60,000 nucleotides of DNA from Felis catus (taxonomy: Eukaryota). Of the stretch, positions 39,041-50,684 are shown piece by piece (position 1 is the first letter of the stretch; every line of letters begins with the position of its first letter). The notes under the pieces were generated by a model, which searched no databases, was not told where the DNA came from, and was given only the letters and a program-made list of their open reading frames with translations. The stretch covers positions 7,876,001-7,936,000 of the forward strand of contig NC_058369.1 in NCBI RefSeq assembly GCF_018350175.1. Direction: 5' to 3'. A program made the position numbers and the translations under genes.

Positions 39041-39462
39041 GCCGGGCGCCGGCCGTGTCAGAATAAAAGTCCCCGCGGCCCCGGGGCCTCGGGCGGCGGG
39101 GACGGCAGAGGGGCCGTTCTCCCCGCCCCCGCTCCCGCGGGCGTTGGCGGAGCAGCGCAGCCCCAGCGCGGCGACCACTACGCCCGTCACTACGGCGCGG
39201 CGCACCCGGCCGCGTGGTCGGAGCCGCCGCGAATCGGCCCCGGGTTCGAGGCCCGGAGCGCCCCTGCCTGCACCGGAGATCGGTGGACAGCCCTCCCGGC
39301 CGGCGCCGCTCACCTCGGCCCCCGCGTAGCCTCGTAGCTCTCGCCGCGAGGTGGGGATGCCCGGGGCGCCGCGGCGGCTCCGGGCACAGTGGTGCCACCC
39401 GCGCGTAGAGCTTCCGGGAAACCCGAGGGTCCGGGTCCCGGCCGGGGCGGCTCCCGCCTAAC

Positions 39463-39625
39463 TTTCGCTGGGGGGGGGGGGGGGGGGGGAGGCCTGAGGG
39501 CGCCTCCGCTGTCGGGGGACCTTGGCTCCGGGGCCGCAAGGCCAGCGGGGTCTTGGACGTCGGGTGGGGGGCGGCCTCGGGAAGGCCTGGAAGGAGGCGG
39601 GGAGAGGGCGGGGAGGGCGCGGCGG
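39463..39625 (-). other. KEAP1: KEAP1 distal non-coding first exon (1a)
   Basis: Donor AAA|gttagg at 39462. The sequence ccgccctctccccgcctcctt...gaggccgc...caagaccccgc resembles the distal human 5'UTR (from memory). Confidence 0.65.
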
Positions 39626-40559
39626 GGAAGGAGCCGAGATTCCCCGCCCTTCCCGCAGGTGCCCGGCGCCCCTGAGCGAGGAGCGGGCGAGGGCGAGGGT
39701 ACACGGCCGGGCGGGCGCGGTCCGTCCCCGCTTCGCACTGTCCCTTCCACCCGTCCGATTTCGTCGTCTCAGCGGCGCGGGGCTGCTCTCCCCGACCCGC
39801 TCTGCTCTCGCGGGCCCCACACAACCCAGGCCTCACGGTCCAGCGGCCGCAGGATCCTGCTAGAATTATTTACCTAGTTGGCTTTTCCTTGCCTTTATTT
39901 TTTAGTCACCTCCAATCTAGAGGCGCGTGAAGCTCGCCTGCGGGGGTTTGAACCCCGGCCCCGCCACTCTACCTCTGTAGGGATACTTGCATAACTCAAC
40001 TTCTCCACTCTTCAGTTTCCTCTGTAAAATGGTTACTAAATACTAGCAGCCACGTGAGGACCGAATGCGAATGCTGGTGCCCAATAGATACGAACAATTG
40101 TTATTTTTCATGGTAACGGATGCTGATTCATCATTTTTGCTGATTATGATATAAAGTTAATTTTTAAATGTATTTTATTTATTTATTTATTTATTTGCAC
40201 GTGCGCACAGGGGAGGGACAGAGGGGGAGAGAGAATCTTAAGCAGGCTTCGCTCCCAAGAGGGAGCCTGGGCAGAGGGGGCAACCAAAATCAAAAGACAG
40301 AGGCTTTTACTGACTGAGCCCTAGGCACCCCTAAATGTGCTTATTTTTGAAAGAATCCATCTTGGGGCGCCTGGGTGGCTCAGTGGGTTAAGCATCCAAC
40401 TGCGGTTCAGGTCATGAGCTAATGGTTCATGGTTCATGAGTTCTGGCCCCATATTGGGCTCAGCCCTGATGGTGCAGAGCCTGCTTGGGATTCTCTCTAT
40501 GCCCCTCCCCTGCTCTCGCTCTCTCTCAAAAATAAATAAACTTTAAGAGAGTCCATCTT

Positions 40560-40632
40560 AGCCAAACTATGGAAGGAGCCTAAGTGTCTATCCATAGATG
40601 AATGGATAAAGATGTGATATATATATACCTAC

Positions 40633-40665
<33 letters not shown>

Positions 40666-41230
40666 ATGGGATATTACTCACCATAGATAAAGAATAAAAT
40701 CTTGCCATTTGCAGCAACATGCATGGATCTAGAAAGTATTATGCGAAGCGAAACAAGCCAGTCAGAGAAAGACAAATACCATATGATTTCACTCGTGTGG
40801 AATTTAAGAAACAAAACAAACAAAGCAAAAGAGACAACCCAAAAAACAGACTCTAAACTATAGGGCACAGTGTTGGTTACCAGAGGGGAGTAGGGTGGGG
40901 GGGATGGGTGAAAGAGGTGAAGGAGATTAAGGAGTGCACTTATCCTGATGAGCACTGAGTAATGTATAGAATTGTTGAATCACCATATTGGACACCTGAA
41001 ACGAATATAATACTCTCTTTCTCCTCTCTCTCTCTTTCTCTCTCTGCTCCTCCCCCATTTGCGCTCTCTCAAAGTAAATAAACTTACTGGAGGGGTTGTG
41101 GGAGGGAGGATGAGCTAAATGGGTCAGGGGCACTAAGGAATGTACTCCTGAAATCATTGTTGCACTATATGCTAACTAACTTGGATGTAAATTTCAAAAT
41201 AAAATAAGATCTATATATATATAAACTTAA
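40560..41230 (+). mobile_element. Carnivore LINE-1 3' end fragments, with an internal (CA)n
   Basis: gatgaatggataaag...atcttgccatttgcagcaacatg...aagccagtcagagaaagacaaatacc; second tail gttgcactatatgctaactaac. Confidence 0.85.
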
Positions 41231-42279
41231 AAAAAAAGAAAACAGAACGATTTAAAAAAAAACGAGGTAAACATTAAGCAAATATCTTAATCCTTTTCAC
41301 GGGCTGCATAGTATCTCACAGTGTGGATGTGCCACAACTTATTACACCAGGATCCTGTAGAGAGCCACGTGGGTTGAGTTCAATCCTTTGCCTTCCTACA
41401 CAGTACTGCAATACACATCCGTGTTCATGCGTCCTCCTGCACGTGTGCAAGTGTACCTTGGATAAAGCTCTCCAAGTGGCACCACTGGCTCACAGGGTCC
41501 ATGGATTTGATTTTGAGATAGGAGAGATTGCCTTCCTCCACGTTCTAGAGGTTTCCCTGTAACCTGGGCCATTCCGTTTATTCGCTGACTATGCTATAGC
41601 GCCCCTTCTGGAGCGGTCCAGAACTGCAGCTTCACTCAACAGCACCCCCTTCTACCGTCCTCTGGCTTGGATTTAATCCTAGACAGCAGGGATGTTGAAT
41701 CTTGAAAATTCACTCCCAAGGCTGGAGGAATCTTTTCTTAGACCAACATCTTTTTAGCCTGGCATTTCTTTCCATTATTCACCTAGTTTTCATTGAGATG
41801 GACTCTTTTTTTCCTTGTATAAAAGACTTTATATAGAGTATCTTAGGAAGCAAACTTCCCGAGTAGAGTTGAAATTTGAATCAGTTTGTCATTTAGCTTT
41901 TCAGGAATGCATGTATATCACATATGGTAAGAATTATTCCTATGAGATACTCGTTTAAAAAAATTGGGGGGCAATCTTCAGATTCTGTGTCTCCCTCTCT
42001 GCTCCTCCCCTGCTCGCGTTCTCTCTCTCTCTCTCTCAAAAATAAATACGTTGTTGCACTATATGCTAACTAATTTGGCTGTAAATTTAAAAAACTAAAA
42101 TTAAAAATAAATAAATAAACATTTACATTTGTTTTAATTTTTTGATTTTTATGAAGCCATTTTTTTGAAAGCTGGAAGTAATGTATCTTTGATTATGTCT
42201 TTTCAAAGATATACACTATTTCTTTTTTTAAGATTATTTTTAGAACTGAATTTGTTAAATTTTATTTAGTTAGTTAGTT

Positions 42280-42288
42280 ACTACTTGT

Positions 42289-42335
<47 letters not shown>

Positions 42336-42905
42336 AAGCCAGAGAAGGGCAGAGAGAAATCCCAAGCAGGCTCCACGCTGCCAGGGCAGAGCCCGATGCA
42401 GGGCTTGAACCCACAAACCGCAAGATCATAACCTGAGCCAAAACTAAGAGATGCTTAACCGACTGAGCCACCCAGGTGCCCTTACCTTGATTATTTAAAA
42501 ATGTTTAGGGGCGCCTGGGTGGCTCAGTCGGTTGAGCGTCCGACTTCGGCTCAGGTCACGATCTCACGGTTCCTGAGTTCGAGCCCCGCGTCGGGCCCTG
42601 GGCTGATGGCCCAGAGCCTGGAGCCTGCTTCCGATCCTGTGTCTCCCTCTCTCTCTGCCCCTCCCCCATTCATGCTCTGTCTCTCTCTGTCTCAAAAATA
42701 AATAAACATTATAAAAAAATTTTAAAAATGTTTAAATAAGGGACGCCTGGGTGGCTCAGCTGGTTGAGCATCCAACTCTTGATCTCGGCTCAGGTCTTGA
42801 TCTCAAGGATTGTGAGTTCAAGCTCCCAGCTGGGCTCTGCACCAGTGCGGAGTCTGCTTGGGGTTCTCTCCCTCTTTCTCTGTGTCCCCCCCAAATAAAT
42901 AAATT
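42280..42905. mobile_element. Three CAN SINEs, one with a long (GA)n
   Basis: SINE heads at 42480(-), 42508(+) and 42740(+). Confidence 0.87.
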
Positions 42906-42934
42906 AAAATTTTTTCATGTTTAAATTAAAAAGT

Positions 42935-43290
42935 GCTATGGATTGAATTGTGTTACCCCCCCCCCCGACAAAAAAGATATCATATGTTAAATCCCTAATC
43001 CCCAGTCTGATGGTATTTAGAGATGGGACTTTGAGGAGGATGAGGTCATTAGAGGTGGGGCCCCATGATGGGATTAGGGCCCTAATGAGAAGAGACACGA
43101 GAGAGCTTTTCTTGATTTCTCTATACCATGAGGATACAGCAGCAGGAAGGGAGTTAACTGTTACCAGGTCATGCCGGTACCCTCATCTTGGACTTCCAGC
43201 CTCCAGAACTGTGAGAAATAAATTTCTGTTGTTTAAACTGCCCAGATAAACGTGTTTGTCGTGGCAGCCTGAGCCGACGAAAACAGCAAG
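42935..43290 (+). mobile_element. MLT1-type (MaLR) solo LTR
   Basis: tgctatggattgaattgtg...aaatccctaatcccc...ggacttccagcctccagaactgtgagaaataaatttctgttgttt. Confidence 0.8.
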
Positions 43291-45112
43291 ACGGCACAAA
43301 ATCCGTGGGTAGGCGACAATTCCCCCCAAGATCTACTATTAAGTGAACAAAGCAAGGTGCAAAGCAATGCTAGAGTTGTACAAAGAGAGAAAAGTGTTTA
43401 CATGTCAGCTCATTTATCCGCAGAACAGCTCTGGAACTTTCCAAGGAATCCCCGTGGTGATCACGTCCGAAAAGGGGAACTGGTGCTTTTCAAATTTTGT
43501 AAAATTGGAACAAGTGGATAAGTCCCCTACCATCAAAGGACCCAACGAAGGAGCGAGCTTCAGGTTCCCCTGGAAGATAAAGGAGTCTGGGGTTAGGGGT
43601 GCCAGGCCGGGGCGGCGGGAGTTGGGGGGGGGGGGAGGGTTAGGTCCAGTCCTGGGAGTGTCCAGCCTTGAGTGTGTTTGTGTTCCAGGAAATAGGTTGA
43701 TTTCCGGTGCGTGTGGCCTTCAGGGACGCCCTGAGCGAAGTCAGCGGGACACTCAGGCCTCCAGGCTGGGTCAGTGGCCCCCAAAAGACACTGCTGTCTT
43801 TGTGGCTGCCTGCAGTTGTAGGGTCTCCTGGAGCCCAAAGCCCCCTGCCCCTCCCCTGGGTCAGCAATGTGACACTAGGGTCGGGAATGCATCTAGGGAC
43901 ATCCTGTGGCCACAGCCAGCAGGCCTGGAGCTTCTCATGGGCACAAAGAGGGCCCCCCCCCAGACAAGAATGCAGACCACCGAGGCAGGGAGCGTCTGGC
44001 TTTGCCACACCCCTCCACCAGAACCAGACATCAGGCCTGTGCTTCCTAGGGCCCCGGGGCCTGACAGTCTGGGTCAATATTATCCTAGCCCAGACACCAG
44101 GCAAGGTACTCACTGCTTGGAATTTCCTCATCTGTCAAATCAGGGTGAGGAAACCCACTTTGCAAGGTTGCAGTAAGGGTGAGAGGGGCGTCCTGGGCCT
44201 ACCACTGTGGGGATGACTAGCCAGACGCAATAAGCTGTAACTGTTCTCCTTATTTTATTATATTTTCATTTTTTTACGAAGGATCTGACACCACGCTCAG
44301 AGAAATCCTGTTTCCGAGAGGAACTGGCTGAGTCTCCCACAGTCAAATATTTGGTCTGCCCTGTCTTTGGTATCCTCTCCTCTAAACCGGGGAGGGAAAC
44401 TGTCCTTGATTTTTTTTTTTTCTTTCTCTCACACTCCATTTCTCGGGAATCCTGTCTGCTGTCTCCAAGATCTATTCAGAATCCACATGGTCCGAGTCCC
44501 CATCACTGCTCCCCTGGACCAATGCGGGCACCTTCACCTTGTTCTAGCTTCTACTTTCACCCTTACAGAGACCTGTGAACAGCTGGAGCATATCAAGTCC
44601 GCCTTCTGCCTCTCACCTCACTCAGAGCAAAACCAAAGTCCTCCAGGGGACCCACAGGGCTCTGCACTGTGGGTCCCATCATCTCCCTGCCTTTGTTTCT
44701 CCCACCATCCACCCCCTCCAGCGCTGCTCCAGCCGTGAGGGGATCTTTGCTTTTCATAGAACACGCAGGCATGTTCCAGCCTCAGGGCCTTTGCACTGCT
44801 GTTCCTCACCCTGAAATGCTCTTCTTTCAAGTGCCCCCAGGGCAATGACCTCTCAGCTTACATCATATGTCACCACTCCAGCAGAGAAGCATCCCCTGAC
44901 CACCATCGCATCACGGTATTGCAGCTGGAATTATCTCCATGATTTCCCCACGCCGATATTGCCCGTGCCCCCCATCAGAATGTCAATTCCACAAGGGCCG
45001 CGATTCTTGTCTGTTTTGTTTGTTCACTGCTGTGGGGTTTAGCATCAATAAAGTACATTTCCCTTCATCTCTTCTGTCTCCACCACCTTCGGTTGCTTTT
45101 CCTACAAATCCC

Positions 45113-45118
45113 TTTATT
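45113..45118 (-). terminator. S1PR5: Candidate proximal S1PR5 poly(A) signal AATAAA (another at 44254-44259)
   Basis: tttatt on +; usage is not demonstrable from sequence. Confidence 0.4.
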
Positions 45119-45176
45119 TAAGAAGAAAAGTCTGCAAAAACAGGTCTTCGGGAGGGCAATGGCGGGCCAAAGGGCG

Positions 45177-46373
45177 TCAGTCTGCGGCAGGTGCCGGTAC
45201 CAGGGTCCGGGCGGCTGTGGGCGCACCCGGGCCGCCAGTGGAGCCGCTAGTGTCCGGCCCGTCCCGCTGGGGTGAGGAGCGCTCGGAGCGGCTGGAGCTG
45301 CCGTCCAAGCCAGGGGGCAGCGAGCGGCTCAAGCGTCCCGAAGCCCCAGCAGCGCTCTCGGACCCCTGGGAGGCGCCGTGCCCTCTGCTGCAGGGGCAGC
45401 GGCCGCGGCGGCCGAGACACAGGAGGGCGTTGCGGAGGTCGCGGTTGGTGAGCGTGTAAATGATCGGGTTCAGAAGCGAGTTGGCCATGGCCAGACCCAG
45501 GAAGGGGTCGGCCTGCAGGAGCACGGGGCAGGCGCGCGCTGGGCACGCCACGTCGAGTAAGAGCAGCAGGAAGAGAGGGCCCCAGCACACCACGAAGGCC
45601 AGGAGCACCACGCTGAGCGTGCGCAGCAGGGCCAGCGAGCGCGGCGTGTGGCGTGCCCGAGCGGAGGCGCCCCCCGCGGCCCGGGGGCGCTCCCGCAGGC
45701 GGCGCGCGTTGGCACGCACCTGGCAGTAGATGCGCGCGTAGAGCGCACAGATGGCGGCCAGGATGCCGAGGAAGGCGAGCACACAGAAGAGCACGTAGGC
45801 CTTGGCGTAGAGCGGCAGGACGGTGGAGCAGGCGTCCAGGCGGCCCAGGCAGTTCCAGCCGAGCAAGGGCAGTAGTCCGAGAAGCACCGACACGCCCCAG
45901 GCGGCGCCCACCAGCGCCAGCGTGCGTCCCCAACGGGAGGCGGGTGCGGGTCCTCGGCGGGCCATGGTGAGGCGGCGCTCGAGCGCGATGGCCAGGAGGC
46001 TCAGCACGGACGCGGCGAGCGCCACGAAGACGCCCCCTTCACGCGCGAACCAGAGCGTGGGCGACAGGCGCAGCGTGAGAGGCCCCGACAGCAGGATGTT
46101 GGCGGCATAGACCGCGCCCGCCAGCAGGTCGGACAGCATAAGGCTGCCCAGGAGCAGGAACATGGGCGCGTGGAAGCGCGAGTGGCGCCCCAGCACGATC
46201 AGCACCGCCAAGTTCTCCAGCACGATGAGCGCGCACACGGCCAGGAACACGACAGCGTCCGCACGCAGCCCGGCGCCGGGCTGGTAGCGTGCTCCGCGAA
46301 GCTTGCCTGTGTAGTTGTAATGCAAGACGATGACCTCGCTCACCGGCGCCGGCCGCAGCAGCCCGGGCTCCAT
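45177..46373 (-). CDS. S1PR5: Sphingosine-1-phosphate receptor 5, 398 aa, intronless CDS
   Basis: [26 protein letters not shown]-terminus, 7 TM segments, WFAREG, CWGP and NPIIY motifs; syntenic with KEAP1. Exon acceptor at 46391. Confidence 0.98.
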   Translation of the reverse strand: MEPGLLRPAPVSEVIVLHYNYTGKLRGARYQPGAGLRADAVVFLAVCALIVLENLAVLIVLGRHSRFHAPMFLLLGSLMLSDLLAGAVYAANILLSGPLTLRLSPTLWFAREGGVFVALAASVLSLLAIALERRLTMARRGPAPASRWGRTLALVGAAWGVSVLLGLLPLLGWNCLGRLDACSTVLPLYAKAYVLFCVLAFLGILAAICALYARIYCQVRANARRLRERPRAAGGASARARHTPRSLALLRTLSVVLLAFVVCWGPLFLLLLLDVACPARACPVLLQADPFLGLAMANSLLNPIIYTLTNRDLRNALLCLGRRGRCPCSRGHGASQGSESAAGASGRLSRSLPPGLDGSSSRSERSSPQRDGPDTSGSTGGPGAPTAARTLVPAPAAD

Positions 46374-47559
46374 GGGCCGCCCGCCCCAAGGCTGCGGAGA
46401 GGTAAGGTGGTGTGTCAGGTCAGGAGGCTGGCAGGGTGGGGCGGGGTTTCGCAGCTCTGGGAAAGGGGCCTTAACCCCCTACCCACCACTGCACACCTCC
46501 GCTGGGGCCCAAAGGGAGCTCGGGCTGAAAAGGAGGTGGCCGTGGAGACAGGCCGACGCAAAGACACGCAGGGAATATCACGAGGGGACACGGTGACACA
46601 GAGTCCCACGGGAAAGGGACACGAAAAATCCCATAATCTGGGCTATCCAGGGGCAGATTCAATCATAAGCAGACAGGAACGCACACAGATACAGTGACAC
46701 GCTGACAAAGACATGTATACACAGTCACACAAAGCAGAGGAAACGTGCACAGTCACACCCCATCAGGGAAACGAGAAAATATATTCGCACATGAACAGAG
46801 CTACATAGGCACGTACAGAGACCCAAATTCAGCCACACTCACACAGGTTGTCACGCCCACTCGTATAGGCCACAATTTCACAACCTCCACCCAGGCCCAG
46901 CCCGGAGCCCACAGCTCTACAATCTGCCCGCCTCGGCTGCACCCAGTGCCTTTCCCTGCTGAACCCCCGGCTTCCTACTTTGCAAAGACAGAGCCTGAGG
47001 GCAGCCGACAGGATCCAGATCCCACAGACAGGCTTTTGCAGAGGGGTGCACGTGTCATTAGGGTATAATAATACTTCCCAGGGGCGCCTGGGTGGCTCAG
47101 TTGGTTAAGGATGGCACTCTCGGCCTAGGCTCAGGTCATGATCTCCCGGTTGGGGACTTCCAGCCCCATGTGGGGCTCTGTGCTGACAGTAAGGAGCCTG
47201 GAGCCTGCTTCGGATTCAGTGTCTCCCTCTCTCTCTGCCCCACTCCACTTCAAAATAAATAAATAAACTTAAAAAAAAATACTAATACTTCCCATTTCAC
47301 CCTGTAATCCCCCGGACAGCTCTCCCCTTAGTCCCAATTTACAGACAGGAAAATGGCTCAAAAGAAGTACCCCGCATAGAAGGAGACACAAAGGTTCTCA
47401 CGCAGCTGCGCAAATACAGCTACTCAGAAACGGCCACACAGTCGTGCGAATCCCACTTAATAGATGAGAAAACCGAGGCCTGGGAAGGGGAGCCGACTTA
47501 TTTGGACGTGGCAGGAACAAATGCATCCCAGACGGCCTCAGCTGCACTCAAGGAACAAG

Positions 47560-48320
47560 CGCAAATACAAGTCCACAGAGAGTCACGGACTCAGCCACGC
47601 TGGAGGCGGGGGGGAGGCATCGAATACGGGCAGACACGGGTTACACTCGCTCTGATGGGGACATCTCCCGCCTCGCCTCGGCTTGCCTGGCAGCAGGACT
47701 GAAGTAGCGAAACTTGCAGTGGCATGGCCCGGAGAGGGCGAGGCCAGGGGATTCCAGGCGTCCCCACCCCCATCCCCGGCCCCGCATCCAGCCCGGGAGT
47801 CGCCGGCTTCCCCCTGGCCCCCGCCCCAGGCCTCCGGGGAAACCGGAGACAAGGAGACCGGGTTAGTGGTCAGGGTAACCCCCTGCGGGCCAGGCTGAGT
47901 CCCCGCGCGCCTGGGGACCCAGTGCTGTATACTCACCCCTGCGCCCTGGTCGTGCGCCCCCCGCAGTCGCGCTGCCAGGAGCAGAGTGAGGAGACGCTGC
48001 TAATGGGGGGGGGGGCGGGGGCGGGGAGCGGGGCTGGAGCTGAGGGGGCGGGCCGGCAACGCGGACCGCTGGCCGTCGCAAGCGGTTGCCCCCTCCCCTT
48101 GGCGCCCGGGCACCCAGCCCGTGGCTGCCAGCCTGTGCCACCCGCCGCGGCACCGGAGCGCGCCCCGGCGGCGACTGGCACCGGCGAGCCCTTAGCTGCC
48201 CCCTCCGGACCTGAACTTCTTTCCCAGGGACGCTCCGTCGCGGTGGGAGGACCCGGAATCGCGGGAAGGGGAGGTTCTCTGCAGGGGCGGTCGCAGCCTG
48301 CGCCTCTTCCCGCCCCACAC
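47560..48320. promoter_or_regulatory. S1PR5: S1PR5 promoter CpG island
   Basis: CpG-rich with tandem GGGGCGGGG boxes. Confidence 0.75.
47937..48000 (-). other. S1PR5: S1PR5 non-coding first exon
   Basis: Donor GGG|gtgagt at 47936; GC boxes directly upstream (48005-48052); tctccgcag acceptor 18 nt before the ATG. Confidence 0.75.
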
Positions 48321-50684
48321 CAGAGGGGTCCTGTCTGTCCTCTGGGGACTGGACACTGGCCCCTCCCTGTTTCCCGCCTACCTTCCAGCTGAGCCTCCGG
48401 GCTGCACCCCAAGAACGCCCCATCGTTGAGGGACCCTGGCAGTGCAGGTTAGGGGGGTCTTCAGCAAGAGCAGCGGTGGCCTCAGTGCCCTTTCCCCAGC
48501 AGATAGGGACGCGGGGCGCAGCCCCCTCTCCATTTCTCCTATCCCACACCTGGCTTACAGCGAGTTCGGGAGGAGAAGGTGAAGGCAGGATTCTGGTGGG
48601 AACCTCCCTCTCTCCAAATGAGAAAGGTCTGGCTCCTAAGCCCTCCTGCTCCCCCCCCCCTTATTGCTTCCAACACTGTGATTTACTCATTTAACGTGTT
48701 TCTGGGCTGTGTCCCCATCAGACTGTCAGTCCCCATGGAGGCAGGGATTTGCATCTGTCGTGAGCACTCCTGGGACACAGCCCAGGCCCTATAAATTAAC
48801 CGATGAGTGAGTGAATGAATGAATGTTTCCCTCGCTTTCTGTGTGTGTATCTCTTTCATTGGGTCTCCCAGGGTGGGTCTCTTTCAGTCGTTGGCTGTGT
48901 CTTTGTGTCACTCTCCCACGCCTCTCCCAGGCCTCCAGCGGGCCAGTCTCAGCTGGCCCCACGCCCCCTCTCCCAGTTCCCAGGAGCTTCCTGGCCAGGC
49001 CCAGCTCCCGCACCCTCAGACCAGAGGCTACAGGCAGGAAAGGGGCTGGGCCCGGTGGCCGCGGACCTTCTCCAGGATGGTGCCCTTTGACTTGGCCTCT
49101 GCTCGGGCTCTGCCAGCAGCGGGTGGGGTGAGGGCGTCCCAGGGGCGCTGAATCAGAGGCTGGGGGTAAAGGATCTCGAGGGGCACCCAGGCCTGGTTGC
49201 GTCTCCAGGTAGCTCCTTGGGAATCCTGGTGGCTTCTGCCGGCCGTGTTCCTTGGGGAGGCAGAACAGTTCCTTCTAGCTCCAACCAAAGATGCCAGAGA
49301 CACATGCGAGGTAGTGCAGTCAGTGGGGCCAGAGGAAAGGGATGGGTAATGCTTCAGTGCTGGTGCCCCACAGCCTTGCCATCCAAGCCCTGAAGATTCC
49401 CCAAAAGCTGTGGGGCCGCACAGGCCTGGATACATGAATGACCCTTTTCTGTAAAGGGGAAGCCACATCCCCTGTGGGAAGGTGGCCTCTTCACACCCCC
49501 AGGCGTCAATCTCACCTCCTTGGGGCTCGAAGCTGTGAAGGGAGGCTCTTCCGGCCTCCCTCCAGGGCCTCCAACCCTCCCTGCCTCCTGCCACCTCCTG
49601 TGCCTCTTTTCTATAGACTGGGACCCTGACTTCTCCAGAAGATGTCAGGAGACTGGACGCCTCTGTGCGTCCACCTCGACCCGCCATTCCACACCTGTGG
49701 TACAGTTCTTAACACTCAGCTCAGGTCCCTCTCCTGCTCTAAATTCTCCCATGGCTCCCTAGGTCACTCAGAGGAAACGCCAGTCCTCACCACGGTCCAC
49801 GTGGCCCTGCTCGGTGTCTCCTCCTTACTTACTCCCTGCCTTACTGCCCTCCAGCCCCACTGGCCTCCTCCCAATTCTTCACACAATTTAGGACCTTTGT
49901 ACTTGGGGATAGGTCTCCCTGGAGACCTCCCTTCTTCCAACCCTTCCCAGTTGGTCACCTCCTCAGAGAGGCCTCCATTAATCTGTCCCTCTCCTCCCCA
50001 AGCTCGCACAGCATTTGGCACCATCTGAAATTACCTTGATTATTTATTCATGTGGCCTATCATTCCCAGATCCAGGAAGGCAGACTCTTGTCTGTTCCTC
50101 TGCCCAGAGGTCATATAAAGATCAAGGGTTCAGAGTCTGTTGCCAGGCTCAGTGACTTTGTAGTCTAGGACTATGGGCAAAGGATATCCTCTCTGAGCCT
50201 CGGTGGCCTCATCTGTGAAATGGAGTCAATAACAGTATCCACTCTAAGGGATATTGTTGAGGATGAAAGGTATGATTTAGAACAGAACAAGGATATACAG
50301 GGAAAGCGCAATAAATTTTGGGGATTATTGGTCACCACTGTATCCCCAAGGAGGAATTAGGGGACTCCGTTCAGATCCCATGGGCCTCAGGCACCACCAC
50401 CCCCCCAGCCCATTCCCACTGGGGAAGGGCGCCCACCCTTCCCTCCCCCACTGCTGCCAAGGCTGGTTTCTTCCCAGGGGAAGGGCATCCCTGGCCTCCC
50501 AGCTCCTGCCACAGCCCGCCCACCTGATGCATGCCTGGGCGGGCTCACCCACCAAGCAGGTTCTGCCACCAGAGCCCTCGCACACGGGGGCCACCCCACC
50601 CTGGTCTGCACCCACTCTCAAAGCAGAGTCAGTGCCTGGGACGGGACAAAATGCCTAATATGGTCCCTCCTTCTTCTTCTTCTT

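Larger units (their letters stand above)
38560..39960. promoter_or_regulatory. KEAP1: KEAP1 promoter CpG island
   Basis: Very high GC and CpG content, GC boxes, several - strand splice donors. Confidence 0.9.

Noticed and set aside
38387..39877. Many overlapping long ORFs (up to 304 aa) in the KEAP1 CpG island
   Set aside because: Expected stop-codon depletion in very GC-rich DNA. Only the spliced uORFs are reported.
41598..41630. Possible - strand CTCF motif (CCAGAAGGGGCGC)
   Set aside because: Core spacing does not fit the consensus without several mismatches.
43343..44176. 277-aa + strand ORF
   Set aside because: No recognisable domain, GTG start, and it begins and ends in repeat-like sequence.
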